Notes: generated by a model not told the origin, from the letters alone. Positions 21,563-34,199 are shown, counted from the first letter of the whole stretch. The stretch: 63,804 bases of DNA, filler included, from 14 parts of 14 records of this genome joined end to end with filler, not necessarily neighbours in it, one strand, 5' to 3'. Made by a program: numbers and translations.

Positions 21563-22662
21563 TATGACCAGAATCAGCTTGGTGCTCTGGCTTGGTCTCA
21601 CTGCTTCAATGTGTGGCAGCGAGACCCCGCCCATCGTCCCTGCAGATGAGCTCCACCAGCAGAGGCTTCGAGCAGTGTGGGAGGCCGCATCGTTCGACCA
21701 GCGAAGAAATGCAGGTGTGGAAGTCGCTGTGGAACCGCCGCCAGGAGTGCGCGGCCAACCTGTGCGTGCGCGGCTGGCGTCGTGGGCTGAGCAAATCGAC
21801 CATGGCGCTGCACCATATGCTGCGGGTCTGCGCGCAGAGAACTGGGTAGGAAGCCGAGTCCCAGTGGTATCCCAACAGCACTGGGTGGAAGCAGACCAGC
21901 TCCCACCGGCCTACGACGCAAGGCTTGCTTACCCGAGGTGTTCGACTATGCGTGCAATCCAAAATCAGGGCGCCTGCGCAGGCTGCTACAGTTTTGCCAC
22001 TGTCGCGAGCCTCGGCGACCGCATTTGTCAAGCCACTAACAGTAGCGTGGACGTGATTCTCTCCGCAGAAGACCCTCTGTTTTGTCCGAATCTCGGTGGC
22101 TGCCGTGGTGGGAACTTAGGGCCTGTGTGGGACTACCTCGCAAATGTTGGAGTGCCAAGTGGCTGCTCTCCAGGTCAGAACTTGCAGCCGTCAGGATTTG
22201 ACGGCAGCAATACCGGCACTCAGCCCCAGAGTGCCATGTCGTGGTCCCACCAGGCCGCCACCACTCCAGGTGGGTGTTGCTATCCTGTTGCGTGGCGCAC
22301 AATGGAGAGCAACAATCCTACATGCCTCCAGGAACCTTGTCCTGGTGGATCTTGCCCCTTAAAACGAGCGGGCGGAGATCCAGGCCTAGGCCAGTGCGTC
22401 GATTTCTGGGGGAATGTCACGACCAACACCACCTTGCTGTGGAGGCACTACAGAGCAAGGCCGAATTCAAGTCACGGTTTTGCCAATGACACGGAGCTGA
22501 TGCGCGCCATCATCAGCGATGGGCCTGTCCCAACAGCGATCTGGCTGTGTGCCGGTGACAATAAGCCTTTCAATAAGAGCAGCCCTGTGTACGCAAGTGG
22601 CCTGGCCGGATACAAGGGCGGTGTGTACGACTGTCCGCATTACGGTTGCGGTTTTGCCTTCC
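21563..22662 (+). CDS. cathepsin B-like papain (C1A) cysteine peptidase, 3' truncated
   Basis: Signal peptide MTRISLVLWLGLTAS; LPPAYDARLAYPRC; IQNQGACAGCYSF (oxyanion Gln and catalytic Cys); LGDRIC; LSAED; GCRGG; IISDGPV; YKGGVY. Confidence 0.88.
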
Positions 22663-22762
22663 NNNNNNNNNNNNNNNNNNNNNNNNNNNNNNNNNNNNNN
22701 NNNNNNTTAATTAATTAANNNNNNNNNNNNNNNNNNNNNNNNNNNNNNNNNNNNNNNNNNNN
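22663..22762. other. artificial contig linker
   Basis: 44 N + TTAATTAATTAA + 44 N. Confidence 0.99.
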
Positions 22763-23971
22763 CAGCAGCAGCAGCAGCAGCAGCAAGAGCAGCAAGAGGA
22801 GCAAGAAGAGGAGGTGCTGGACGGTGGTACTACTAGATGCGATTGGGTCTCTGTGCAGTCGCTCAGCTGTGTTGCAGGTGGCAGTTTGCTGAAAGACATG
22901 TACGCACTGCACGAGACTGCTGCTTTTGTCCGTGCCGGGACAATTATTCCAATGACCACTGAACCACAAGCAGTCAAGTCCACCTCTGATTCGATGTACG
23001 GCCTCCACCACGCATCTCCTCCACCGAAACGGGTGTTCAATGCAGCGGATCCTGCACACATCACAGTGACGGGTTATAAGGATGACCGCTATCCACTACT
23101 TGGGGGCACCGCCTCGGTGCCGACCACAGTGGTGTGGGAGGCATATCCTGGGTTGTCTTCCGCTGGTGAGGGCGAAGTGCGCGAGGACTGCGCTACCACT
23201 ACCGCTTACAAGAGTGGTGCCGTCGCCACCACTAACGCATCTTTCGAGCTTTCAGATGGTGTGCTCTCGTTTGAGGTGGCAGCCATGAGTGGCTCCTACG
23301 CTAATGCTCCGATCCGTCGTAACTATGAATTCCGTGGCCGGGGCTTGCTCTCGCCCACCTCTGTCGAACTAAAGCTGCTGGATGGCCAGTGGCATACCTT
23401 ACCACCTGCGACGGCTACCCAGCACGCTTCGTTGCAAAGTTGTGGGCGCCTCGCCTGCGTAGCCACCGGAATGGGCGGCTGGTGGTGGGAGGCAAGAGCG
23501 ATGACGGTGAGTGTGCGTGTGGATGATGTTGACACACGGCACGAAAGTGGCCTGCAGATCAGGTTGCAATTGGGCCACCCTGGCCGTGTCCACGACATTC
23601 TACCTTCCGGGTTTGTGGGCGAGTTCGAGCGCGTACTCCGGGTCAAGACATTGTTGGATTGGCAGTATTGGACTGGCGCGGTCCCGTCTCGCGCGTTGAA
23701 CCGGTTGGCGGAGACAGCAGACCGCATGCAAGCCAACCCAGCAACCGCAGTGGCCGAGCTCGGAAGTTTCCACGCTGATGTTGCGCATGCCCTCGAGCTT
23801 CATGCCGGGACTAATTGCTCTTCGACCGATACACTAGATGACATCGCATTGGCATCATCACTATCCGAATCAAACAAGACAACGGTCCCAACCGGTTGCC
23901 CAACTGTAGAGTTCCAGGCAATGATGCGGGCGTGGTTGGCGCCACCACTACGAGCTTCATCGGCGCAATAA
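22763..23971 (+). CDS. GH31 glycosidase C-terminal region (DUF5110-like), 5' truncated
   Basis: YALHETAAFVRAGTIIPM and YPG..GEGEVREDCATTTAYKSG, then GSYANAPIRRNYE, typical of GH31 C-terminal beta domains; catalytic domain absent. Confidence 0.72.
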   Translation, partial: QQQQQQQQEQQEEQEEEVLDGGTTRCDWVSVQSLSCVAGGSLLKDMYALHETAAFVRAGTIIPMTTEPQAVKSTSDSMYGLHHASPPPKRVFNAADPAHITVTGYKDDRYPLLGGTASVPTTVVWEAYPGLSSAGEGEVREDCATTTAYKSGAVATTNASFELSDGVLSFEVAAMSGSYANAPIRRNYEFRGRGLLSPTSVELKLLDGQWHTLPPATATQHASLQSCGRLACVATGMGGWWWEARAMTVSVRVDDVDTRHESGLQIRLQLGHPGRVHDILPSGFVGEFERVLRVKTLLDWQYWTGAVPSRALNRLAETADRMQANPATAVAELGSFHADVAHALELHAGTNCSSTDTLDDIALASSLSESNKTTVPTGCPTVEFQAMMRAWLAPPLRASSAQ

Positions 23972-24464
23972 AACATTTCGAATCAAGAGAGCACAGCAGT
24001 CGCGGGTGGATTTTCCCACTGGCACGCCAACATACGACCGGCTGATGCAGTCCAGCAGGTGCTTGTGGCACACCCCCATCTGCAGCAGGTTGGGGGTGGC
24101 GACCCAGGCTGTGCTGGCTCCGACACCCGACGTCCTCTACATCGACCTCATTTTCCGGCAGCCAACGGATGTCGTCCCACCGTCTTCGGCAGCGTAGTCA
24201 GTCGCATTTGCGCATAGGGGGCTCTCCTACCTAAATAGACGACTCTCAAAAATGATCCTTGCTAGTAGTGAGCTGCTGTAGCGCGTGACGGACGAAAGGT
24301 GTCAGGAGGGCACCGCGCACAAGTCCCGGTTTTGAACCGATGGGACTGCATTTAATGATATCCAAATGGACTGTGTCGCCAGCATCTGCAATGGCATTCA
24401 GTCACTCAGTACTATACCGCCGCACTCGAGTGTGTCATCATCATCTTTCTCCTCCTTCTCCTCC

Positions 24465-27190
24465 TCATTCTGCTGCTGCCTGGTAGTGCACGGTGACCAG
24501 GCTGTCCCGCGCGCTGCTCGATGAACCGAACTGCATGAACCACACACTGAACTCGTCAAACGACACTGCACCGGAGCCGTCCGTGTCGAGCCGGCCCATC
24601 TCCGCCTCCAGATCCAGATCGACCTCGCCTCCCTCCGATTGATGGCGGCCCATCTGGACCAGGATGTCCCGCAGCTCAGCGGGTTCCAGCATGCCACTGC
24701 CATCCACATCCGCCCTCTGCCAGGCACGCCGGAGGACCTCTGCCTTCTCAGCCTCGGAGGCATTATCGAGGGACATCCGCACCGCCTGCTGCAGATCACC
24801 GCCGCCGCCACCACCACCACCACTACCGTCAACTAGCTGCTGCTGGGCCATGGCATCGCCCATCCGTATCCAGTCATCCATGCCCGCAGTCCAGACCAAC
24901 GTATCGGGTGCAACGCCCTCGTTTGCGGCCATGAGCCCCGGGAGCTGGTCCAGTGTCGTCTGCCTCGCTTTCCCATCCTCCGTCTGATAGTGCACCACCG
25001 CCAGGCTCTCACCCAGGGGCTTCCAATCCTCCATGTCCAACCCTGGTATCCAAATCAGTGTGGTATTGGAGACTGTACCATCTGCCATCAGAGTCGAGAG
25101 CTGATCGAGCGTTGTCTCGTGTACCACTGCGTCATCGTCGTCGTCATCGTTGCCACCACTGTCCTCAGCGTCGTGGTAGTCTATTCTGGTGGTCAGTATG
25201 TCCATAGCTTGGAGGTACGGCTCCATGGTTGTTAGCAGCGATCGCAGAGTGCTAAACTTCTCGTGTCCCAGCATCTGCTGCGCCATCTCCATCACCACCT
25301 CCGAAATGTCCGCGCTGCCCGCCGCCACCAGCTCGGTGGGGCTCATGCCGAGCTCCACAACCAGCTGCTCGATCGCCACGAGGGCATAGTTGGGGATCCT
25401 GGGCGTGCCACCGTCGACGCCAGCGAGCTGCAGCGCGGCGTGGAGCAGGTTGAGCACCTGCTGTCCCGTGAGCAGCATGGGTAGCGCGTTGCGCAGCTGC
25501 TCCTCATCGAAGTACTGCACCGCTGCCTGTACAGCCGCCTCGATCTGCTCCGGTGTGGGCTCTTCCGTCGGAATTCGAAGCAACCGGCTATGGTCGTGGG
25601 TGTGAAAGACGCAGAATTTCGGCTGCGGGGCAGCAGCAGCACCCGAGTTGTGTGGGGTGCGTCGCACCAATCCGAGCGGGAGGGGACTGAGGGTGAAGTT
25701 GTAGCCCGGCGCCGCCACCGCCACCGCTCCCGCCGACACGCTGAGCCACTGCTCCGAGCGTCGGTTTGTGATGCAGAGCTCCAGACTAGAGATGGACGCT
25801 GACATCATGCGCATACCGCGCCCTGTAGCATCATTGCCAGTGTCGGCAGGTGTCCCACGAGTGCTGCCGCTGCTGCTGCTGTCAATGGAGAAGGCGATGT
25901 CTTCCACTCTGAGTTGCACTCGCAGTGCTGCCGGCTTCCCATTGTGTGACTGCACCCAGCTCCCGAACGGGCCGCCGCCTGCCACCTCATCCTCGTCCTC
26001 TGCATCCTCAGACGCCTCCGTCTCATTGAGAAGCTGCTTGAACTCCTCCAAGCCAATTGTACCGGAGCCATCCTGATCGAGCTGATCGAGCTTCCGCTGC
26101 GCCTCCTCACGGGTGAGCTGCTGCTGACCAAGCGAGGTAAGCAGATCGTAGAGCTCATCCACGTCCACCTCACCGTCTGACGATTTATCGGCCGATGAAA
26201 AAGCTAAGGCGAGCTGCTCATCCCGCGATATTGCGAGCTTTTGGACGGGCTCTAGAGAGTCGAGGCTGAGGAAACCGGTCTCGGTGCCGTCATCGAGCCA
26301 CCGCAAGCGGCACTCGCCGTCCACATCCGGGTCGGCGATCAGACGGCCGGTGCGCCCGTCGTGCGTCACCAGGGCGCCCCGCCGCTGCCATGCGTGCTCG
26401 GACTGCGCCTCACCTGCCGCCGCCGCATTGGTTGAGGTGGAGCGCTGTGGGTCGGTCGACTCTGACAGCACCCCGACAAGGAGGTGGGAAAACCCTTTCT
26501 TTCGCTGGCGCGCAGTTGATATGGCTCCGACTGCCACACCGACCAGCTCACTGACCACAGCGGTACTCACGTCAATGTGCAGCTCGCTCACCGCAGCGTC
26601 GATACAGACACGATCCAGCGCCAATGCCCGCGGCGTCGCGACGCGCACATTGACGCCGACGCTTAACGGTCGCAACACGTGGCGCTTCTGGAAGCTATTC
26701 TGGACTGCGCCAATGTCCAGCGTCTTGCTTGTCCCGAGGGAGGTACTCGACCTGACCTGCAGCTCAAGTCGAATCTTCCCATAGCCCTGATCAACGTAGC
26801 CGCTCTCGATGAATTGGCTTTCGACCATCGCCTGTCTTGCCGTCACGGCCTTCGGATCGACCCGTCGCTCAGGATCTGAGAGCTCGCCGACAAAGAGCGT
26901 TGGCCGGCTCTCAATTGCACCACCACGGCCCTCATTGGCCGAGACGAGCTTGGTCCAGTCGATGGAGATCGCCCCAAGAAAATCGTTGTCAGAAACCAGG
27001 TTAAACTCCATGACCTCCAAGTGCAACTCGTTATGCATCGGCACACCGTCCGCTGTGGTCGGGACCGGCACTGAGAAAAGGTTGCGGCTGCTCCAGCTTG
27101 GCGAGAGGTCCTGGTGCTGGACGGAGGTCTTGTGCGGCCATTGCGAACCGTCACTGGGCTTTGCCCCGCCACTACCCACTGCTAGTCGCA
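24465..27190 (-). CDS. multidomain Ca2+-binding protein: C2 + EF-hand pair + 2x GYF_2 (DUF4339)-like + EF-hand pair; 5' truncated
   Basis: C2: LSPSW..LHLEVMEFNLVSDNDFLG. EF loops DKSSDGEVDVDE, DQDGSGTIGLEE, DVDGSGMLEPAE, DTDGSGAVSFDE. GYF_2-like TLIWIPGLDMEDWKPL and TLVWTAGMDDWIRM. Confidence 0.8.
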
Positions 27191-27290
27191 NNNNNNNNNN
27201 NNNNNNNNNNNNNNNNNNNNNNNNNNNNNNNNNNTTAATTAATTAANNNNNNNNNNNNNNNNNNNNNNNNNNNNNNNNNNNNNNNNNNNN
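27191..27290. other. artificial contig linker
   Basis: 44 N + TTAATTAATTAA + 44 N. Confidence 0.99.
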
Positions 27291-27312
27291 CTCTCTCTCT
27301 CTCTCTCTCTCT
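27291..27312 (+). repeat. (CT)n microsatellite at contig start
   Basis: read directly. Confidence 0.9.
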
Positions 27313-27335
27313 GTGTGTGCTCCTGAAGATTCACG

Positions 27336-28457
27336 ATGGGTTGCGGGGCATCTGCTCCCCAACGCGGTAGTGTATATGGTGATGTGATAGACTCGTCGAG
27401 CATCGAAGCGACCGTCAAGTCTCCGTCACATCGAACGAGAATGAGCCGGGCCGATAGGTGATCGAAGACGTCTCTCCTGCACCAAAGCTGCGCTTATGTC
27501 ATGATTGCGACACTAACACGGCCCTCGTTCACATCGGCTCGCGCACACCGCAGGCAGGAGCAGAGGCTGAACCGAATGAAGTATCCGGAGAAGGCTGCTG
27601 CCCTCGCGGCTGAACTGGCGAACCAGATCCGCACGGAGCAACAGAAAGCGGACGGGGCGCCAGAGAATGCTCAACAGGCAGATGAGGCAGAAGCGACGCT
27701 CGACTCAGTGGAGCTGATTGAACAGATGATGCTCGGTGTCACGGAAAATGCAATAGCCATGCTTGGGGCAGTAAGGTGCACACTGTGGTTGGTCAACCCG
27801 CAACACCAGACTATGTGGTCATTCCTTGCAGACACTGATGGCACTGGCGCGACTTTGACTGGAGAGGACGCGAAGGACGCAGCAGCTGCGGCTCGCGTCC
27901 TTCATATTGAAGTCGGTACTGGACTGGCTGGCACCTGTGCAGCAACAGGTGAGGTGATCGAAGTGCCGGATGCATGGCAAGATGCACGGTTTGACAAAAG
28001 TCATGACGAGAAGACAGGTTTCCGGACCAAGACGGTCGCCTGTGTCCCCATTCTTAAAGCCCCCAAGCGACGAACGCGAGCGCAGCGAAAAATGGACCGT
28101 TTGGGAGGTTCAAGCTTTAAAGAAGCACATGCGAAAGAGGTGGGTGTGCATTATCAGGCAAATTCCAGGTTGCGCGGACATCGTGTTTGGTGCCCGTGCC
28201 TCGCAGATTGCACTATGATCCAGTACCGTTTGAAGTGACAGCGCTGTTTCGGTTGTTCCTGTCTGCAGAATCGTGTGGTCGGCGTAATGCAAGTTCTAAA
28301 TCGTGCAGATGGTAGAGATGGCTCTTTTGATAGCAAAGCGATGAAGAAGCTGGCAAAGCTCGCCACAGACGCTGGCCTTGTCCTGCAGGCAACGAAGCTG
28401 TACCGAGAGATCACGGGCTTGTACGACATGGTGTACTCCCAAGACGGTGAGATGTGA
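27336..28457 (+). CDS. stand-alone GAF-domain protein with N-terminal MGC acylation motif (3 exons)
   Basis: Starts MGCGAS. GAF motifs RCTLWLV, GLAGTCAATGEVIEVPDAWQDARFD..DEKTGFRTKTVACVPI, VVGVMQVLN. Two GT-AG introns. Confidence 0.85.
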
Positions 28458-28819
28458 AGGCTGAGCGCAGGGATCGTTTCTCGGATCGGTGGCTTGAACT
28501 ATTGTGCAGCACTGTCGCACTGCGACCCGACTCCTACGCGAGCAGGACCTGCTTGGCAACTTTTGACGCCAGCGTCCTGATTGGCGATTAGATCAGCTGT
28601 AGCTTACTGTAGTAGCGGCGTGAGACCGATTGCACGCAGCAGTTGTTGTTTAACGCGAAGCCTGTCAATTGCGCCTGCATCCCGATGCAATGCCGCATAC
28701 ATTCAGGAAGCACCACGCCTTTTTTATGGTCATCCGTACGAATGAGTTCGTTTCACATAGTGTGACAGCCAGCTCCGTCTTCGTTTTGCAACCAGAACCA
28801 CACCAGTGCGTATCGCACT

Positions 28820-31330
28820 TTATAGACCGATCGCGGACGGCAGGATCATGAGGGGGCGCAGCCCATCTGCACAACCCTGGCCGAGCAATGCCGCCTCAAG
28901 CTCCGCTGCAGCCATCAGCGTCGACTCAACACCTCGACCGTTAGCTGCTGCCTCCGCTGCCAATAGTCCGACGGGGCCGCTAGTACTGCTGGCTGTGGTG
29001 CCGAAAAGGTTCGCACCCATGAACATCGCTGCGTCAGTGGTTGATGTGGCTGCATCCATCGACTTCGTCCCCGACTGCAGCACCATGCACATCAGCCAAA
29101 GGCAAGCAAGTGAATGTGCGTGTTGAAACGACCAACTCCAACTACCCAATATTCTCATCTGCTGTGAGTCTCACCAGCTTCTCCAGCGGCGACCTCTTGC
29201 CGACGGGGAGAAGTTCTCGACGGTAACCGTTGGGCGCCAGACCAGCTGCCTCTGCCGCGGCACAGATCGCTTGCTCCAGGCCTGCTCAGGCCACAACTCA
29301 TACCGACAACAATGAATGAGTTTCAATGCTGCTCCCTATCGTGAGGCAAGGACGCTCTCGTTTGTACTCACCGCCAAGCTCGTCGACCAGCCCTCGCTCA
29401 AGCGCAGTCTCACCACTCCAAATCCGTCCCTGCGCCAGTTGCTCGTCAACGAGCTCGGCTGGTAACTGCCGAGAAAGAGCCACCTTCTGAATAAACCCTG
29501 AAACCACAGCAACAAAAGGTGACGTACAGCCTCTATGGAACACATCTACACGTGACAGTGAGTAACGCGCAGAGCGGCTCTAGATTGCCGTAACCGGGTA
29601 CCCTTCTCGATCAGAGGAGCACTCACCATCGTAGATCTCTCTAGTCCAGGAGTTCATGCGTGCCCACTCATCCTCTGACCACGGCCGGTGCGCCGCGTGT
29701 TGCATGCCAGCGTAGCGGTCTTCCGCCGCCGTGGTTACGGTGGTCCAGACGTTCAACTTCTGCAGGAGCGCCGCGGCTGAGAACTTCGCTGAGATCACTC
29801 CTATCGATCCCGTCACGGTTGACGGCTGGGCAAACACCTTGCTGCATGCCATTGGAATGAAGTACCTGAGCCGTACACCAGCACCCAATGAGAATCATAG
29901 ATGAAGGTCATGGTCAGTTGTTGGTTCGTGACCTATAAATGAGTCGTGCGAATGGACGGACCCGCCAGAGGCCGCAACGCTGCCCATCGATGCCAGGACT
30001 GGCTTTTCATTTCCAAGCAACCCAACCGCCCGCCATATGAGCTCTGATGCGAGCGCATCGCCGCCGGGCGAGTCCACACGCAGCACTACCGCCTTAATAT
30101 CGGTGCGTTCCGCCGCAGCCCGAATCGCGGCGACTGCTGGCTCATGGAAAATGCGTGGCGTGCTCGACCGGCCGCCTTCTCCGAAAAAGATCTGGCCAGT
30201 CAGAGGCACCACTGCTACGGTCGCTGCTTTGGGTGTCCCGACCAGCGCTCGATACCACGGTGTTCTCTTCGACTCGAGGCCGAGGGCACTCGCGCTTGCT
30301 CTCGAATACGTGGCAAGGGAGAGCCACAAGGCGTCAGCGTTCGCTTTCTCGGGGCTCTGCGGCTGCTCGTGCTCACCATCAGTTTTCGTGCCAGGCTGAT
30401 ATGCGGCGGTGGTGGTGCTAGAAGCTGCGCGCTGAAGCACCTCGCAGGCAACTTCGTCCTCGTATCGAACGGACGTAAAGAGGTCAGAGGAGCACAGTGC
30501 CTTGCCCATGGCCCCGCCCGACAGCAGTGCGTCCACAGCTTCTCGTTGCATGCCGCTGTCTGCGACCACACCGTCAACGTAACGGCGTCGTTGCTCTGCC
30601 AGCATCCTACTGGTCTGCTCTTTGACCTCCGTCGGCTCGCCCACACCATCTGTCGGATCACCGGACAGCACATGCCCCCCTTTCCATGGCCCGATCTGTG
30701 AAATCTCCGGCTCGACGCCTACTGTGTCCAGCAGCCCACGCAGCAAGACCGAGCGCTGCGCAAAGCCATTCAAAGTAGCATACCTGCTCCGCCGAACGCT
30801 CATCTTGAGCAGCAGCACGACAGTACAGAATCCCCATGCATTTGCAAAACGACTCAGTGGCCAGAATAATCAATGAGCTGATGGGCGTACCCGCCCGGAG
30901 ACACGTGCAGCTCCGTGCAGCTCGCCCCGAGAGCGATCTCCAACTCGCCACCGCTGACCATAAACCCAATGATCGGCTTGCTCTGGCTCACGGCGCGCAC
31001 CGCGTCGCGTAGCTCCTCGACGCGCGCCATCGGACACATCAGCCCTCCGATCCGCAGGTACACTGCGGCGACCTGGTGAGCGATGCAGCCAAACCCATAA
31101 TGAGTAGAATATACTGGAAAGTAGCTACCGTGCACTGCTCCTAATCAGGGCGAAATATATCTCACCTGGTCATCCGAAGCGGCTTTGCGCAGCGCGCCCA
31201 CGAGCGACAGCAGCGCAGCTGGCGGCTGGGGCTCGCCGCGCAGCTGGCGCAGCGGGTCCGGCTGGCGCACGTCGGCGAGGTCGCCGCGCGCCTCGAGCAC
31301 CAGCACCTGCTCCTCGACGATGACAAGCAC
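28820..31330 (-). CDS. sppA: signal peptide peptidase A (protease IV, peptidase S49, 67K type), multi-exon; start uncertain
   Basis: ALRKAASDDQV|AAVYL, EELRDAV, IGPWKG, VVLRVDSPGGDALASELIWRAV, KPVLASMGSVAASGG|YFI, STVTGSIGV, AQGRIWSGETALERGLVDELGG. Confidence 0.92.
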
Positions 31331-31473
31331 CCTTGAGCAGCAGCGATGAAACCAGTACAGGGACCCAATTCAAAAGGAGATCAGTGCTCAAGAAAACAGT
31401 ATTGAGCGGACTAGAATAGGTACCGCCTTCTTGCGCCGCACACGCCACTGTCGCACCTACGGTTCGGCGCGGC

Positions 31474-31500
31474 CACACACACATACACACACACACACAC
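31474..31500 (+). repeat. (CA)n microsatellite at contig end
   Basis: read directly. Confidence 0.9.
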
Positions 31501-31600
31501 NNNNNNNNNNNNNNNNNNNNNNNNNNNNNNNNNNNNNNNNNNNNTTAATTAATTAANNNNNNNNNNNNNNNNNNNNNNNNNNNNNNNNNNNNNNNNNNNN
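31501..31600. other. artificial contig linker
   Basis: 44 N + TTAATTAATTAA + 44 N. Confidence 0.99.
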
Positions 31601-32200
31601 TAGAAGTGAGTGTGAACAAGTGCGACAACTGTTTTAGTATATGTTAGTTAAATTGCATTTTTACCGCCCGTCTGCCCGAGCGAGCCGCAGTTGGACACAA
31701 TGCGATTTATTGGTCTCGCCAAGTTGGGAAACATGACCGAAAGCGAAAACCTGGGGCTGAGACGCTCTCAAGTTGCAAAATTGCACCAGAGACTTCCACT
31801 CCGGCTCGCTTCCATTACCAATCAGTCATCACCAGAAAGTCCCAGTGCTCCGACGCTCGAGACTCGAAGCAACTTGCGCTCAGGAAGACTGCCACGCGTA
31901 GGATAGTCGATACATTATACTAGCTAGTATATCATACGGTACTGTACTTTAGTACTATAGGTACTATCATTCATCGTGACGGTGCTGACGCCGTGCGAGA
32001 CGCTGTCTCGGTCGGACGAAAGGATCCTACTGTTCCGAAATTCTGTAGGGCCTTCGGAAATTCTCAAAACTATACGGAATTCCAGTACACCAGTTTCAGA
32101 ATTTCCGAAATTCCGTCCACAGCACGCTGGCGGTCTTTTGCGGCGCTGAGCTCGGCGCCGAGAAGAGCTTGTCGGGGCGGAGGACGGAGGACGGAGGACG

Positions 32201-33859
32201 ATGGCGCACCTACAGACGGTGGTGAGCGGGGAGGCGCAGACGCAGGAGCAGCAGGAGGAGGCGTCCCAAGCGTTCCTGGAGTCGTTGAAGACCGGTGGCG
32301 GCGCACCGGAGGGCATGCCGAAGTCGATCACGCCGCGCCTGGAACGGCGCGTCCGCGGCGACTCGTACTCCGACCTCGTGGAACTGGTCTCCAACGCGGA
32401 GTCGCCGGCATCGCGCGATGCTCAGCGCAGCGTTCTGGCGGCATGTAGCTGGCCGCCGCCGCCACACACGTATGGGCCGATCGTCGTCGTGTCCAGCTAC
32501 ACCTGCTTCGACGACCTGGCTCACGGCCCGCGCGGCACCCAGGCGCAGCGCGCGATGCACACGTACCGGCTGAACATGCTGGATGGGTCGCTGACGCTGC
32601 TCTCAGCTGTACCGGAGGGCATGCTGCACAATCCGGCGTTCTCGCGGCGCCACCCTTCGCTCAACGTGGTGTACGCATGCACCGAGAGTGTGAAGCAGGA
32701 AGGCCAAGTTGTGGCGATGAAGCTGGACGGGTTGACGGGAAGGCTTGTGGAACACTGTGCCCCCGTCGGTGCCGGCGGCACCTCAACGTGCTATCTCACC
32801 ATCCACAAGAACTGCCGGCGCATGCTGCTTGTCAACTACTGGAACTCCACCGTCTGCACGCTGCAAATGATGCCAGACGGTCAGCTCGGTCGCCTCATCG
32901 CAACTTACGACCCGAACGGCGGCAAGGAAATGAAGGCCAAAGCGGACTCGCACGTCAACCACTCGAGAAACGACGCAGAGGCGCAGGCGGAGCGGCAGGG
33001 CGATCCGCACTCACACGCTATCGTCCTTGAGCCCACGACAGGCAACATTGCTTACGTGCCGGATCTTGGCATGGACCTTATCCGACAGTTTCATTTCGAT
33101 GAGGAGACTGGAGTCGTCACACCTTGCGGGGAGATCGTCAGCGGCGTCAAGACGGGAGGGCGTGCGCTCGGGCCGCGGTACATAGCGTTCGCCGAAGGCA
33201 CGTCGTTCTGCTACGTCGTGAACGAGCTGAGCTCGCAGGTCGCCGTATTCGAGTACCATCCAGAGCACGCGCAGGAGATCGTACGCGCGGCTGCCACGGG
33301 TGACACAGCAGAGGCAAAGGCCGCCGCGCTGAAGGAAAGCAAGCCAACGCTAACTTTAATCCAGACAGTGTCAACAATCCCGGAGGCGTTCCCACGCGAC
33401 ATGAATACGTGTGGCCGAGTGACAGTTCACCCGACGAAGAACTTTGTCGTCACCTCAAACCGTGGGCACGACTCGGTCGCTGTGCACAGGATCCATGCGG
33501 CCACTGGCATGCTCACGCTGGCTGGGATTTTTCACACGCGTGGAGAGACCCCGCGCCACTTTCAGTTTGATAAGTCCGGCCAGTGGCTCATGGTCGCGAA
33601 CCAGGACTCTGATACTTGCGCGATCTTTAACTTCAACTGCTCCACTGGCGCGGTGCGTGTGCAACAACTGCGATTTTACTGGTGACTTTTTCGTGAGCTG
33701 GTTGCTTCGTGCTCACGTCTGTTGTCGTTGTGTTTTGCCGCGTCGCTGCCGTGGATGGGCCATACGGTGGGGTGTGCGACTTGACTGCAGGTGGCATACA
33801 CGGGCAACACCTACAAGTGTCCTAGCCCCAACTTCGTCTGCGTCTGGGATGGTGCTTAG
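32201..33859 (+). CDS. 7-bladed beta-propeller lactonase (6-phosphogluconolactonase Pgl/YbhE family), 2 exons
   Basis: NPAF, LLVNYWNS, RQGDPHSHAI, YVPDLGMD, GPRYIAF, YVVNELSS, SNRGHDS, GETPRHF, VANQDSD. Intron about 33653-33790; last exon VAYTGNTYKCPSPNFVCVW. Confidence 0.9.
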
Positions 33860-34199
33860 TGGAACTACTCTGGGATGGTGGAAAGGGCACGTCAAAAGTT
33901 CGGCGCCGCTACATTCCAGATCAGGAGGGGGTCGCGGTCTTATGCGGGTGTCGGCACTAAGCAGCCGGCGGCTCGCCAGCCCAGAACGACACACACGCCT
34001 GTGAATGCATTCAATAACTCCTCACCCTCGCCAAGTCACGTTCTCACTGGGCCTGTGCACGCACATCTCAATTAGTGCACGACTCCTCACCGACCAACGC
34101 CAGCCATCTGGAAGCGCAGACATGACCGAGACTCTACCTCGCTCTCGAACAGTCAGTGGTAGCACAGTGCTGTGCGAGCTTTGCCGCTGTGCGCGAGCT

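Noticed and set aside
32033-32115. Canonical heat-shock element call
   Set aside because: GAA/TTC units are mostly spaced by 1 nt rather than the 2 nt of nGAAnnTTCn; kept only as an unnamed motif.
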